IMG/VR virus record: IMGVR_UViG_3300032313_001394
Span: 75,244 to 139,243 of that record
Length of the DNA stretch: 64,000 nt
Reading direction: 5' to 3' (one strand)
Origin: a virus
This document shows positions 20,276-30,606 of the stretch, piece after piece. Positions within the stretch are counted from its first letter, which is position 1. Each line of letters begins with the position of its first letter. Under the pieces are notes generated by a model. The model made no database searches and was not told where the DNA came from. It saw only the letters and a program-made list of their open reading frames with translations. The position numbers and the translations under genes were made by a program.

Positions 20276-21215
20276 CTATTTGTTTTTCTATAATGTATAT
20301 TCCTTGTATTTTACCTGTAAAGCAATTTATTATATTATTTTCTACTTTTACTACAGGGTATCTGTTTGCTGAATTACTTTTTATTTTTGATTTAACTGAT
20401 AGAAAATAATCATTATAAGTAAAATGTTCTAAAAATTCAGGATAATAATATTTAATTTTATCTTCAATTAATTTTTGTTTTTCTAAAACGTTATTGAATT
20501 TATAATTATTTAATTCATTAATATCATTAGTAGTAAATAAAGGTGTATGTTCTACATCTGTTACTGTGTATAATTTATCTTTATACGGATAAATTGAAAA
20601 GAAATTACCATCAACTAAAGTAAGAGCACCAAATGATGTTGGTTGTATTTTCTTATATAATAATGATAATGTTAATTCATAGAATGTATTATCAATTTGA
20701 TTTAATTGATTATTAGTAGCATTAATTACTAAATCATATTCTTTAGATAATGCTTTAATATCAGTTATTGTTTTCTTAACAATAATGTCTTTTAGTATTT
20801 TGTTAAAGTAAAGATTAGCTAATTCAAAATCAATATATCGTTCTTCAGTTTTTATGATTCCTTCAACATGTTCAAATTCAGAGAATTGATTTTTATGATG
20901 TTGCGGTTCATCAAATATTTTTCTGAATGTATAGTAATCTAATAATGAATCGTCGGCAACACAATATAAATTATTTTCAACTTCACTAGTTAACATTTTA
21001 TAATCATCCATAAACTGAGGAAATGTATCTTGACATAAATTCCTAGTTCTAGAATTTCGAGCATAATGATAACCTAAATGAAGACGATTCTGATTAGAAT
21101 ATGATGTTGCTTTAAACAATTCATCTTTTTCAAATAACGTTATATCATTATTTTTCATTAATTTACGAGCTAGATGACATCCAACCCAACCACCACCTAC
21201 AATTGCTATTCTCAT
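20211..21215 (-). CDS. FAD-dependent oxidoreductase
   Basis: IAIVGGGWVG, NQNRLHLGYHY, DGNFFSIYP, GKI. Confidence 0.85.
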   Translation of the reverse strand: MRIAIVGGGWVGCHLARKLMKNNDITLFEKDELFKATSYSNQNRLHLGYHYARNSRTRNLCQDTFPQFMDDYKMLTSEVENNLYCVADDSLLDYYTFRKIFDEPQHHKNQFSEFEHVEGIIKTEERYIDFELANLYFNKILKDIIVKKTITDIKALSKEYDLVINATNNQLNQIDNTFYELTLSLLYKKIQPTSFGALTLVDGNFFSIYPYKDKLYTVTDVEHTPLFTTNDINELNNYKFNNVLEKQKLIEDKIKYYYPEFLEHFTYNDYFLSVKSKIKSNSANRYPVVKVENNIINCFTGKIQGIYIIEKQIDEIINWQYGLSGTDNQTVRNV

Positions 21216-21889
21216 ACGTTTATAACCATATCTAAACCTGTACTTTGACCCCAATTTGATTTATTTTTATATAAATCTAATGATGGGTAATATTCTGTTC
21301 GACGTTGTACATCAGTACCAAACCAATTATCCCAATCAACTAAACTCCATTCACCATCTTTATCATTTCCATTATAAATTGCGGGAGATGGTTCTGTTTG
21401 CCATAATATATAATCTTCTGCGCTCACTCCCCAATATTTCCATCGTTTTAATGATTCAACTGATAAATCTGTATTTCGAATACCCATCAATTTGTCTTTA
21501 CAAGATAATAAATAATCATATCTATATGAACCAATAGACATTGATGGGGTAAGTCGCATAGCAACTTTTTCAGGCCTATCTTCAGGAATATTATAAATTA
21601 ATTCTTTAAATTTAGGTCCTATTTTACAAGTATCATGAATTAAAAACCAATAATCAGCTTCTAATTGTTTATCTACTATTTCAATTAAAGGACTATATTC
21701 ATATGAGTTATGTTCTAATTGATAATAAGTAATACCGTCATTATTTTGTTTTCCTTCATAACCAAAACCAGCTATAAACACATGAATATCTTCAGATTCA
21801 ATTCCATTTTCAATTAATGAGGGAAGAATTATTGGGAGTGATTTCTGATAGAAATTTATATTACTAGCTATTGCTATTTTTATTTTCAT
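21212..21889 (-). CDS. glycosyltransferase-like protein
   Basis: NSYEY, YWFLIHDT; cluster context. Confidence 0.55.
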   Translation of the reverse strand: MKIKIAIASNINFYQKSLPIILPSLIENGIESEDIHVFIAGFGYEGKQNNDGITYYQLEHNSYEYSPLIEIVDKQLEADYWFLIHDTCKIGPKFKELIYNIPEDRPEKVAMRLTPSMSIGSYRYDYLLSCKDKLMGIRNTDLSVESLKRWKYWGVSAEDYILWQTEPSPAIYNGNDKDGEWSLVDWDNWFGTDVQRRTEYYPSLDLYKNKSNWGQSTGLDMVINV

Positions 21890-22680
21890 ATGTAAATAAT
21901 TTGAAATTGAGGAAAATGCATATGACATACATTCTCCATCATTATATTTTTATGACTTGGATCATGAAACATATTATCTTTAATAAAATTTAATAAAGAA
22001 ATATATGTTGTTGTAGTTAATAGATGTTCTTTTTTTAAATTATTTCTTTCAACACAATCAGCTAAAAACTTTTCACAACTCCATCCTTCTATATATTCCC
22101 AAATTCGTCCATTATACTCATCTAACGATTTAACATAATCATATGTTTCATCAATATAATAAGCATCATTTAGATAATCTGTTTTTGATACATTAATAAA
22201 ATAAAAATTAGTTTGAGGATAAAAATCTTCTTTAATTACTTTATCAAAGTCAAAATCATAATTAAGTAATCCTCCATAACCAATTCCATTAAAATAATAA
22301 AAATCAGCTTCATCTACTTCTTTATCTAATAGCTCAATATGAATAATAACATCATTAGATGATTTACATAACCATTCAATATTATTTTCTTTACAATAAT
22401 TAAATATTAAATTATCTAAATCAGCAGTTCCAAAATTATGACCTCTATTATTTGTGGAATTTAATAATACACAATTTGGAAAATGATGCTTACACATTGC
22501 ATTATGAATATCAATAAATGCTTCATTATCGAAGTTAGTTGCAATTATAATTTGAGCATATTGATCTATTACATCTCTATTATAAGCAAAGTATTTATCG
22601 ATTTTAATTAAATCATTTTCTACACCTACATAACCTATTGTTCCGTAAGCTGCTTTATTAATAATTTGCTTTAAATTCAT
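21886..22680 (-). CDS. glycosyltransferase-like protein
   Basis: NRGHNFG...WLCKSSND GT-A-like pattern; cluster context. Confidence 0.55.
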   Translation of the reverse strand: MNLKQIINKAAYGTIGYVGVENDLIKIDKYFAYNRDVIDQYAQIIIATNFDNEAFIDIHNAMCKHHFPNCVLLNSTNNRGHNFGTADLDNLIFNYCKENNIEWLCKSSNDVIIHIELLDKEVDEADFYYFNGIGYGGLLNYDFDFDKVIKEDFYPQTNFYFINVSKTDYLNDAYYIDETYDYVKSLDEYNGRIWEYIEGWSCEKFLADCVERNNLKKEHLLTTTTYISLLNFIKDNMFHDPSHKNIMMENVCHMHFPQFQIIYI

Positions 22681-23305
22681 CGAATGTAATTAAATTAAGT
22701 AATTCTTTTTTGTTGTTAACAAAATAAGTATATTCAAAATCAACATTTTCTAATTCAGGTTGCATATTATTATTAACTTGAATTACTCCTACACCAAAAT
22801 CAGTATCTACAACACATGATTTCATATTAGGATACAGTTGTTTAAAACTTACAAATGCTTTCCATACATCACCATTCCAAGCAATTGTTCTACGTGGAAC
22901 GTCTTGCGCTTCATAACTAGTTGGATTACAATCATGCAATAATATAAACCCACCATCAATAATGTGATCTAGCGCATTTTTAATATCTTTTTTTACTTGT
23001 TCAGAATGATGTAATCCATCAATGAATATAATATCGTATTTAATATCATGCCCTTTAATTAAATCAAAGAATTCATCTGATGTTATAGGATAATTTGTTT
23101 CGGGAGCTACAAAATGCTCAACTGATGGATCGACTCCATCTTTATGTTTAGCTTTAACTTCTCGAATATTTTCTCCTTTGAATACTCCTATTTCTAAATA
23201 ATTAACTAAATTATATTTTTCAATTAAATAATTAATTATATGATAGCGTTTTATTTCGCTATTTAAATATCTAATTACTTCAGGATGATTTAAATTATCA
23301 ATCAT
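22658..23305 (-). CDS. class I SAM-dependent methyltransferase (Methyltransf_24-like)
   Basis: YLEIGV, GVDP, DIIFIDGLH, GGFILLHD. Confidence 0.85.
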   Translation of the reverse strand: MIDNLNHPEVIRYLNSEIKRYHIINYLIEKYNLVNYLEIGVFKGENIREVKAKHKDGVDPSVEHFVAPETNYPITSDEFFDLIKGHDIKYDIIFIDGLHHSEQVKKDIKNALDHIIDGGFILLHDCNPTSYEAQDVPRRTIAWNGDVWKAFVSFKQLYPNMKSCVVDTDFGVGVIQVNNNMQPELENVDFEYTYFVNNKKELLNLITFDEFKANY

Positions 23306-23937
23306 TATAATGTATCGTAATATGCGTTTTGTTTTTCTTGACGTTTAATATCTTTATGATGCCATAAAAATAATTCAGCTGGAATATATGAAAGAGTTTT
23401 ATGTCCTTCAAGTACTTCATGTACTTTGTTTTTCCATTTTATTTTACCATTGTTTTTGAAGATACGATGCTGCCAATCAGGAAAATTAATCAAATCTTTA
23501 TTATCAATTTTTTGAACTTTCCACCCCCATTTATCGATATGCTCTTGAGTTAATCCGTCAACTGTATTACGTCGTGCAATATAAAATGATTCAGCTAACC
23601 CACGATTAGATTCAAATATAGCTGGTAGATATGCCCAAAATTCTTTAGATGGTAATTCATCAGCATCAATTTGAACAATGTAATCGCCGGTACAATATTT
23701 TAGGAAATTGTTTTTAAATGAAGCAAAATCATTATTTAGTGAAGTTGCATACCAATCAATATCTGTAGAATATTCGGTTAATAATTTTAAATAATCTTTA
23801 ACTTCAGGAGTACCATTATCTTGATCAAACAGGATGATTATCTCATCCTGTTCTTGTTTATAATCTAAGATATTATTTACTAATGCTTGTAATTCATTTA
23901 ATTCATTACAAACCGGAATAGCAAAACTAAACTTCAT
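23305..23937 (-). CDS. GT2 glycosyltransferase
   Basis: AIPVCNE, DFASFKN, QIDADE, WKNKVHE. Confidence 0.85.
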   Translation of the reverse strand: MKFSFAIPVCNELNELQALVNNILDYKQEQDEIIILFDQDNGTPEVKDYLKLLTEYSTDIDWYATSLNNDFASFKNNFLKYCTGDYIVQIDADELPSKEFWAYLPAIFESNRGLAESFYIARRNTVDGLTQEHIDKWGWKVQKIDNKDLINFPDWQHRIFKNNGKIKWKNKVHEVLEGHKTLSYIPAELFLWHHKDIKRQEKQNAYYDTL

Positions 23938-24376
23938 TATCGTCTCTTAAAAATGTTGAATACAAATATAATGCAGCCGAAAACATTAATGGAGGAAATA
24001 CTGTTGAGTTAATCATATCCAATTTATGAGTTTGACCTACAATTACTTTATCATTTGAATTTATAGGAACATATTTAGCTACTCTCCATCCCCACTCTTC
24101 AATACTTTTACCATCTGGAAATAACATAGCTTTATTTTGTTCATTTAAGACAGTTGGATACCAAACAAAATTACTTTTATCTGTAATTTTTAAATCTTTA
24201 AATAATTCAGGTTGGGATTCATAAATTGATTTTTCTACATCACTTCCTTCAACTAATCCTTCATTAGTTTGATACCCACAACTTTCACAAATCCAAGTAG
24301 TTACTCCTCCTATTTTAGTTTCAAATACACAATTTTGATCTTCACAAACAGGACAATCATTTAGTTTTTCTTCCAT
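23927..24376 (-). CDS. zinc-ribbon protein
   Basis: CPVC...CESCG. Confidence 0.7.
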   Translation of the reverse strand: MEEKLNDCPVCEDQNCVFETKIGGVTTWICESCGYQTNEGLVEGSDVEKSIYESQPELFKDLKITDKSNFVWYPTVLNEQNKAMLFPDGKSIEEWGWRVAKYVPINSNDKVIVGQTHKLDMINSTVFPPLMFSAALYLYSTFLRDDNEV

Positions 24377-24378
24377 TA

Positions 24379-25677
24379 TTATGCTTTTTTAAGTGTTGGT
24401 AGTTTTAATTTTGGTAATTCTAATGGTATAAATTTTGGAATTGGATTAGTTTTTTCTTCTAATATAACACCCAATAATTCAGTCATTGTTTTAATTGTGA
24501 AGTTTCTATTAGTTATACTAGCTTGTTTTTTAGCTCCAGGTAGATATTTTTTATAATTTTCAAACATATCTTTTAAAGCAAATCCTACTTGAGCATCATC
24601 TGGTTTAAACCATTGAGCACTTTCTAATAACATAGTAGGCATATTAGTTGATTTATGAACGGGTTGTAATTCTCCTCCAATCAATAATGATGATTCTTTA
24701 TCTAAGAAATCAATATGACCCGACCAACCAGAAGCAATAATTGGTTTTTCAGATGTTGTGAATTCAAGTAACGGACGACCGAATCCTTCACCTTTAGTAA
24801 ACGATATCATTGCTTTTACTTTTGAGTGATTGTATAGATCATTCATATCTTCATCCTCTAAATCACCATGAATTAAATAAATATTAGGTAAACGACCATT
24901 AACTGATTTACGGAGAATTTCTATTTTATTTAAAATCTCATCTCTATCTAATAACGATGTAGTAGCTGAATTTGTTTTTAAGATTAAAGCAGGTGGATTT
25001 GTTTTACCTTTAAATACTTCTAAAAATGCTTTAATTGTATACCAAACGTTTTTTCTATCTTCACCAAAATCACCTTGTAACCAATGTCCAACAAATAAAA
25101 ATGCAAAATCTTCTTTAATACTACTTAATGATTTTGTTAAGTCAGTAATAGGTAGAGTAGTTTTAAAATATTTTTCAACATCAACACCTTCAAATAATAC
25201 TTCAATTGGTGTCTTTAATTCTACTAATCCTACTACTTGATTAGTATTTTGATCTTTTTGTTCGAATTTAGAATTTTCAAATACTGATTTAGCATGTTTA
25301 CTAGAAACCATAACCATATCCATTCGATTACATCCTTCAACCCATGTTGGATCACAAATTGTTGTTTCAATACCTGCTGTTACTCCAATACTTAAGTGTT
25401 TACCTACTTTTTGAAATTCATTTGGAACTGTAATTTGAAACCATACATCTGGTTGTTGTTTTATTTGAGGAATAATTCGATCTAGTAAATCTTTTTCTTC
25501 ATCAATTTCAGAATTTAAAAACCCGAAACGAGTACTTCCCCAACGTTGAGATAATAATTTAATATCCCACTCATCACCTTTAGCTTCAATTAAAGCTTTA
25601 ATAAAATCTCTTGAACGCGCTCCATATCCTGAGAATGTATCTACAGGTGAGCTAACTATACATAACGGTTTATTCAT
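24379..25677 (-). CDS. GT4 glycosyltransferase
   Basis: SGYG, RKN, GEGFGRPLLE, SGHIDF. Confidence 0.9.
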   Translation of the reverse strand: MNKPLCIVSSPVDTFSGYGARSRDFIKALIEAKGDEWDIKLLSQRWGSTRFGFLNSEIDEEKDLLDRIIPQIKQQPDVWFQITVPNEFQKVGKHLSIGVTAGIETTICDPTWVEGCNRMDMVMVSSKHAKSVFENSKFEQKDQNTNQVVGLVELKTPIEVLFEGVDVEKYFKTTLPITDLTKSLSSIKEDFAFLFVGHWLQGDFGEDRKNVWYTIKAFLEVFKGKTNPPALILKTNSATTSLLDRDEILNKIEILRKSVNGRLPNIYLIHGDLEDEDMNDLYNHSKVKAMISFTKGEGFGRPLLEFTTSEKPIIASGWSGHIDFLDKESSLLIGGELQPVHKSTNMPTMLLESAQWFKPDDAQVGFALKDMFENYKKYLPGAKKQASITNRNFTIKTMTELLGVILEEKTNPIPKFIPLELPKLKLPTLKKA

Positions 25678-27112
25678 TTTCTGCTACTGGATGTTTTAAA
25701 TAATTTTCTTCTAAATCTTCAATTTTATAAAAATCAAATGCTGATCTTGGAGTCCATTTTTTAAATGTTTCTTCAAATCCTTCTATAACATTTTCACACA
25801 TTTTACGAGCAGACATCATTGATTCGTCTGATGTAACCCATTCACGAGCTGTATCTCCTAATTTATTATATTCATTAGCATCTTCCATTTTTAAAGTATA
25901 TGCTGATGCTAATTGATTAGCTACATCTCTAAAATCACATCTATCATCAAAGATATAAGGTGTTGGAGGAGAACCAATTAATGAAACATTACTTGGAAAG
26001 ACAGGAAATGCAAATTTACCATGTTTTTTATATTTACCTAAATGGTTTGAACCAAATGCTTCTGTAAATTTAATCCACTCACCATTCTCATCTTCAAAAC
26101 GCATTTGATCTTGCATTCCACCTGTTACATTAGCAAGTATTGGAGTACCTGCCATCATTGATTCAGTTAATGCTAAACCCCACCCTTCATTAGATGAAAT
26201 CAAACAAGTAATATCAGCTAAATTATAATACTTATTTAACACATCCGGTGCTACTTTCTGATTTGAAAAATAGATATTATTTTGTTTTTTACCAAATAAC
26301 ATTTCAACTACTTTATTTAAATCAGTACCATTATCATCTACTGGATCTGTATGTAGAATTAAACTACATTTATCAGCTTGTTGTTTAGGTAATGTATCAA
26401 TAAATGTTTTAAATGCTAAAATTAAATCTGATGTTGATTTACGTCTTAGATTACGAGCGTTATAAAATACTATAAAATCTTTATCTTGATTCTTTAATAC
26501 TTGACTTTTAAATTCTTTAAAATCATCAGTTGTTTTATCTAATGGATAAAACGTTTTCTCATTAATCCCGTGAGGAACATATTTGATAGTTTTATTTTTA
26601 GCTTTATCACCCAAAACAACCCTATTAATGTTTTCAGTTTGTTTTGAAATCGCTAATAATGTATCACACGATTCATAAAATGTTTTATTGTAAAGTGGAT
26701 AAGGTAAATCATCCCAGATATTTAAATAAACAATTGGAACTAATTGTCTAATTTCACGCTCATGTTGCCATAACCAAACCCAATAACGTGGATCAGTAAA
26801 TAACATGATTGCATCTGGTTTTTCAATTTGGATAATTTGACGAACAAATTCAATAGAACCATAACCATCTGTAGGATAAACAGTTACTGATGCATCTTCA
26901 ATACCAGCTAATTTGTTAGTATCAGATGAAACATCAATTCGTTGTCCTTTTTCTGGATGATCAATAGCACCTCCAATGTTAACCCAATTATATTGATGAG
27001 AGGTACCGATAACGATTTCTTTAGACATAGTAGCTATACCTGAGGTAAATCTGATATCATCACCCATTAATAGAATTTTTTTCCTTTGTTCTTTAGGAAT
27101 GTAATTTGACAT
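25670..27112 (-). CDS. GT4 glycosyltransferase
   Basis: PHGIN, RNLRRK, EGWGLALTESM, TGGMQDQ. Confidence 0.9.
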   Translation of the reverse strand: MSNYIPKEQRKKILLMGDDIRFTSGIATMSKEIVIGTSHQYNWVNIGGAIDHPEKGQRIDVSSDTNKLAGIEDASVTVYPTDGYGSIEFVRQIIQIEKPDAIMLFTDPRYWVWLWQHEREIRQLVPIVYLNIWDDLPYPLYNKTFYESCDTLLAISKQTENINRVVLGDKAKNKTIKYVPHGINEKTFYPLDKTTDDFKEFKSQVLKNQDKDFIVFYNARNLRRKSTSDLILAFKTFIDTLPKQQADKCSLILHTDPVDDNGTDLNKVVEMLFGKKQNNIYFSNQKVAPDVLNKYYNLADITCLISSNEGWGLALTESMMAGTPILANVTGGMQDQMRFEDENGEWIKFTEAFGSNHLGKYKKHGKFAFPVFPSNVSLIGSPPTPYIFDDRCDFRDVANQLASAYTLKMEDANEYNKLGDTAREWVTSDESMMSARKMCENVIEGFEETFKKWTPRSAFDFYKIEDLEENYLKHPVAENE

Positions 27113-27128
27113 AACTTATTTTTTAAAT

Positions 27129-27329
27129 TTATAAACTTCCAGACATTACTAGAGCATTATGATTATGAATTTGGTTTCTAAATTCATCACTATTTAAATA
27201 AAGATGCATTGCTCTATTTACTAGTTTTTGAAAAAGAAATTTATTCTTAATCGATGCCATTTTAAATTCTTCGAAAATATCTCCGTGTACCTTTACACTT
27301 GTTAATATTAAATCTTTATTTTTTCCCAT
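27129..27329 (-). CDS. small DNA-binding protein (ribbon-helix-helix-like)
   Basis: LTSVKV strand followed by two helices. Confidence 0.55.
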   Translation of the reverse strand: MGKNKDLILTSVKVHGDIFEEFKMASIKNKFLFQKLVNRAMHLYLNSDEFRNQIHNHNALVMSGSL

Positions 27330-27364
27330 AGTGATATATTTTTATATTCGTATATAAATATATG

Positions 27365-28321
27365 CTAAGATATGAGAGACAAATCTTTATCACAAAGTTC
27401 TTTACTGTCTTTAAAAGGGCACCATTGACATGATTCTTTAGATACATTTTTAATAAAATTACCTTGTTTGTAACTTCCATCAGAATTAAAAGCACTCTCA
27501 ATAAATAACTCAATATGATTAACTGCTTTATTTCGTTTACCTTTACCTGATGCGGGTTCAACAATTTGGATACGTTTTTGAGGAAAATCTAAATTTTCAT
27601 ACAACTTACGTTTTACAACAAAGAATTCAACATCTATATTTTCAGGATCGATTCCGTATTGACGAGCAAAGAATTCTTTATAAATAATAATTTGCTGCAT
27701 TTTAGTTTCGTCTTTCTTCTCTTTATCCTTCCATCCCATCTTAGATGTTTTAATATCAAATATTTTTATTTTATTTGTATTTTCATTATATAAAACAAAA
27801 TCGATATAACCTTTTAAATATATATTTGGATATTTAGGATTAATTTTTTGTACTAATGGCATTTCAATACCTACCAAATCCCACTTACGGGTACCAAAAT
27901 ATTCTGATTTATTCTTTTTGAAGTAATCTAAAATAGCTAATCCATCTTCATAATACTCTCTCATTTCTAAAGCAGATGAGAAATGGATTCCATTATTACT
28001 GTTTAATGTTTTTTTATACTCTTCAGAAAATGCATTTTGAAAGAAACCTTCAATATCTACTCTATCAGCAGCCGCTCCTGATTCATCAAACATTGTTTGA
28101 ATATAATGTTGCATTGCTACGTGTACTGCAGTTCCGAAAACAGCAGCCATAGATGCTTGATATTTTTGTCTTCCATCCCTGTATTCTAAAGCCCAACGAT
28201 GAGGACATTTCGAATATATTGAAAATTGAGAATATGAAATAGTTTTATCAAACTGATAATTTATTTCCTTTATTGGTCTTTTTTGTATTTCTCTTACTAG
28301 GAGTGGAGTCGTTTTGGCCAT
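27365..28321 (-). CDS. PD-(D/E)XK nuclease (RecB/Cas4-like)
   Basis: ISYSQ...CP, FGTAVH, E, GYID, DIKT, CQWCPF. Confidence 0.9.
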   Translation of the reverse strand: MAKTTPLLVREIQKRPIKEINYQFDKTISYSQFSIYSKCPHRWALEYRDGRQKYQASMAAVFGTAVHVAMQHYIQTMFDESGAAADRVDIEGFFQNAFSEEYKKTLNSNNGIHFSSALEMREYYEDGLAILDYFKKNKSEYFGTRKWDLVGIEMPLVQKINPKYPNIYLKGYIDFVLYNENTNKIKIFDIKTSKMGWKDKEKKDETKMQQIIIYKEFFARQYGIDPENIDVEFFVVKRKLYENLDFPQKRIQIVEPASGKGKRNKAVNHIELFIESAFNSDGSYKQGNFIKNVSKESCQWCPFKDSKELCDKDLSLIS

Positions 28322-28694
28322 AACTGTTTAATATGTCTTTAAATTGATCGTTGCTTAATAAAGCAAGATAATCATTTGCTTCTCGTTGCGACACTTGTAA
28401 TAATAAAGATAACTTAGAAACTTTGTCTTTGTCAATTTTATTAGAAGCTGCTTTAGTATATTTGAAATACTTTTTAGATTTAGGTAATAATGATAAATAA
28501 ATATTATATACTTGTTCTGCATTTAAATCAGGAATGGCTTGCACTTCATTTACTAAAATACAATACTCAGAACTCATAGATAAGTACCTATGTAGCATAT
28601 AAACATTAATACTTTTAATTTCAGTATCAGTTAATTTGCTATAAGGTACTTTATCGTATGATAAGTAATTTAATAATTTAAAAAATTCATTCAT
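28248..28694 (-). CDS. clamp loader small subunit (T4 gp62-like)
   Basis: YMLHRYLS, LPKSKKYFKY, SQREA pattern; next to the gp44-like gene. Confidence 0.75.
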   Translation of the reverse strand: MNEFFKLLNYLSYDKVPYSKLTDTEIKSINVYMLHRYLSMSSEYCILVNEVQAIPDLNAEQVYNIYLSLLPKSKKYFKYTKAASNKIDKDKVSKLSLLLQVSQREANDYLALLSNDQFKDILNSYGQNDSTPSKRNTKKTNKGNKLSV

Positions 28695-28972
28695 TATCGA
28701 ACAATACTAAATGGTGATTTTTTAGGAGTTACATCTTCAACTGATGGTGCTTCATCAGCGGGTTTTGTTCTAGGTAAAAATTGAGCATTTACATGACCGC
28801 ATTTAGCACAAGCAAAAACAGGAATAGGCATTACTCCATCTTGTTGAGTTCCGGTAATAAAACGTGAAATACCACGTAACATTACTCCTTGATTAAATAT
28901 GTTACTACTACATTTCTCACATGTAATCTCCGTAGTATCTTCGAGATTAACATTCATTTGTTGTTGATTCAT
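28694..28972 (-). CDS. zinc-finger protein
   Basis: CEKC...FACAKCGHVN. Confidence 0.7.
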   Translation of the reverse strand: MNQQQMNVNLEDTTEITCEKCSSNIFNQGVMLRGISRFITGTQQDGVMPIPVFACAKCGHVNAQFLPRTKPADEAPSVEDVTPKKSPFSIVR

Positions 28973-28973
28973 A

Positions 28974-29351
28974 TTATTTTTTTCTATTATTTTTTATTAC
29001 TTTTTTTATATATACTCGTTTTTCATTTTTAATTAATTCAGAGTAAAAGAATATAGTTATTGGAATAATAACAGAGACAACGTTCATTGCTACAAACTTT
29101 TGAGTAAATCCAATTTCAAACCAATAAGATAAAATATTAATTGACCATGAAATTAAGCCAAAGAATATAGCTGTATTTCTTCTACCAGCCATAGTAAAGA
29201 TGAATATACTAGTTTCTAAAGAAATAGCAAATATCCAAGACATTATTTGTTCAAATAATCCACCATTTGATAAAGTATAATATATATAGGATGCGTGGCT
29301 GATTTGAGTTAATAATGCAAATAAAATAGTTACTTTAATTAAATTTTTCAT
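28974..29351 (-). CDS. multi-TM membrane protein
   Basis: Four hydrophobic segments. Confidence 0.7.
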   Translation of the reverse strand: MKNLIKVTILFALLTQISHASYIYYTLSNGGLFEQIMSWIFAISLETSIFIFTMAGRRNTAIFFGLISWSINILSYWFEIGFTQKFVAMNVVSVIIPITIFFYSELIKNEKRVYIKKVIKNNRKK

Positions 29352-30238
29352 TATTTAATTATGTTTATGATTGAGGCGATACACGCCATAAAATTGATTT
29401 CTTTATCCACGACTGTAGCGTGTTTGAATTGATATTCAGCTAACGTCATTGTAATTAAGCCATTATCTTTTCCTAATTCATCATATAACGCTCTATACAT
29501 TGGTTCAAAGTCAGATATGTTATTATCTACTAAGTATTGTCTAACTGATTTGAATGCGTCTTTACCTTGGATTAACGAAACTACATCTGATATATCGAAT
29601 TTAGTATCAATTTTAGTAATTACTAATTTGCCATCAATAGTGTGTTGTTGGGTTACATTAATAATTTTACGGATATCTGGGTAGTATGGATTAATAATTC
29701 CAGCTAATTCAGACGGTTTGTATTCGATGTTTTCTGCATCCAATATACCTGCTAAATGACGAGCAATCGATGGTTTAGATAGCGTTTCGATTTTAAACGC
29801 CTGGCATCTAGATTGTAATGGTTCAATAATACGCTCAACGTAGTTACATGTTAGAATAAAACGTGTTTTAGCAGAAAACGTTTCAATTACATTACGTAAT
29901 GATGCTTGAGCGTTAATAGTTAAATAATCTGATTCATCTAATATAACTACTTTTAGTGGTCTGAATGTAGATGTAGAGGCGAATGATTTTACTTTATCAC
30001 GAATCGTATCAATACCATTTTCATCCGATGCATTAATATACATCATATCACAATCAATATTTTGAGTGATTAATTTAGCGAGTGTTGTTTTACCAGTACC
30101 TGCTTTACCATATAATAATAAATGAGGAATATCATTTTTAGTAATCCAACTACCGATTGTAGTTTTTAATTCTGAATTACCAATATATTGATCTAATGTT
30201 TGTGAACGGTACTTTTCAGTCCAAAGAGTATGTTGCAT
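29351..30238 (-). CDS. clamp loader ATPase subunit (gp44/RFC-like)
   Basis: WTEKYR, GKAGTGKT, NASDE, ILDESD, LQSRC, PDIR. Confidence 0.95.
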   Translation of the reverse strand: MQHTLWTEKYRSQTLDQYIGNSELKTTIGSWITKNDIPHLLLYGKAGTGKTTLAKLITQNIDCDMMYINASDENGIDTIRDKVKSFASTSTFRPLKVVILDESDYLTINAQASLRNVIETFSAKTRFILTCNYVERIIEPLQSRCQAFKIETLSKPSIARHLAGILDAENIEYKPSELAGIINPYYPDIRKIINVTQQHTIDGKLVITKIDTKFDISDVVSLIQGKDAFKSVRQYLVDNNISDFEPMYRALYDELGKDNGLITMTLAEYQFKHATVVDKEINFMACIASIINIIK

Positions 30239-30405
30239 AATTAATTACCTGGTATATTATATTTTTCATGAATATGATTAAGAAATTTTAATTTATCAAT
30301 CGTATCTTCTAATATAGCGATCTTTTCTTTTAGTAAAGCGTTTTCTTCTAAAGCGCGTTCTAATTGTAATTTTACTGTCTTTACTGTCATAACATTTATT
30401 TTAAG

Positions 30406-30480
30406 TGGACCAGGTAGGGATCGAACCTACGACCTACTGATTATGAGTCAGTTGCTACTAACCTACTGAGCTACAAGTCC
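30406..30480 (-). tRNA. tRNA with CAT anticodon (likely Ile2, possibly Met)
   Basis: GGACTTG acceptor, ACTGA-CTCATAA-TCAGT anticodon arm, GTAGG-TTCGATC-CCTAC T arm, A73; no encoded CCA. Confidence 0.9.
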
Positions 30481-30485
30481 AAAAT

Positions 30486-30605
30486 TAGAGGTTTAACACT
30501 AGGATTGCCTCCATCCTATCCAACCAACGATTTGGCCCAATTCCTAAGCGAGCAGATCTTACGGTATGCCGGTGGTGTCTTCGATCTAGTCGCGCACTAG
30601 CGTCT
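30486..30605 (-). ncRNA. candidate structured ncRNA between two tRNA genes
   Basis: GC-enriched intergenic stretch with hairpins CTAGT/ACTAG, CGG-CATA-CCG and TAGGAT/ATCCTA. Confidence 0.45.
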
Positions 30606-30606
30606 G

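Noticed and set aside
27365-28321. Cas4-like nuclease as part of a CRISPR system
   Set aside because: No array or other cas genes; it sits in the replication cluster like standalone phage PD-(D/E)XK exonucleases
30486-30605. Pistol ribozyme or purine riboswitch resemblance (CCTAAGCG, CCGTAA)
   Set aside because: Required pseudoknot partners and junction sequences could not be found by eye
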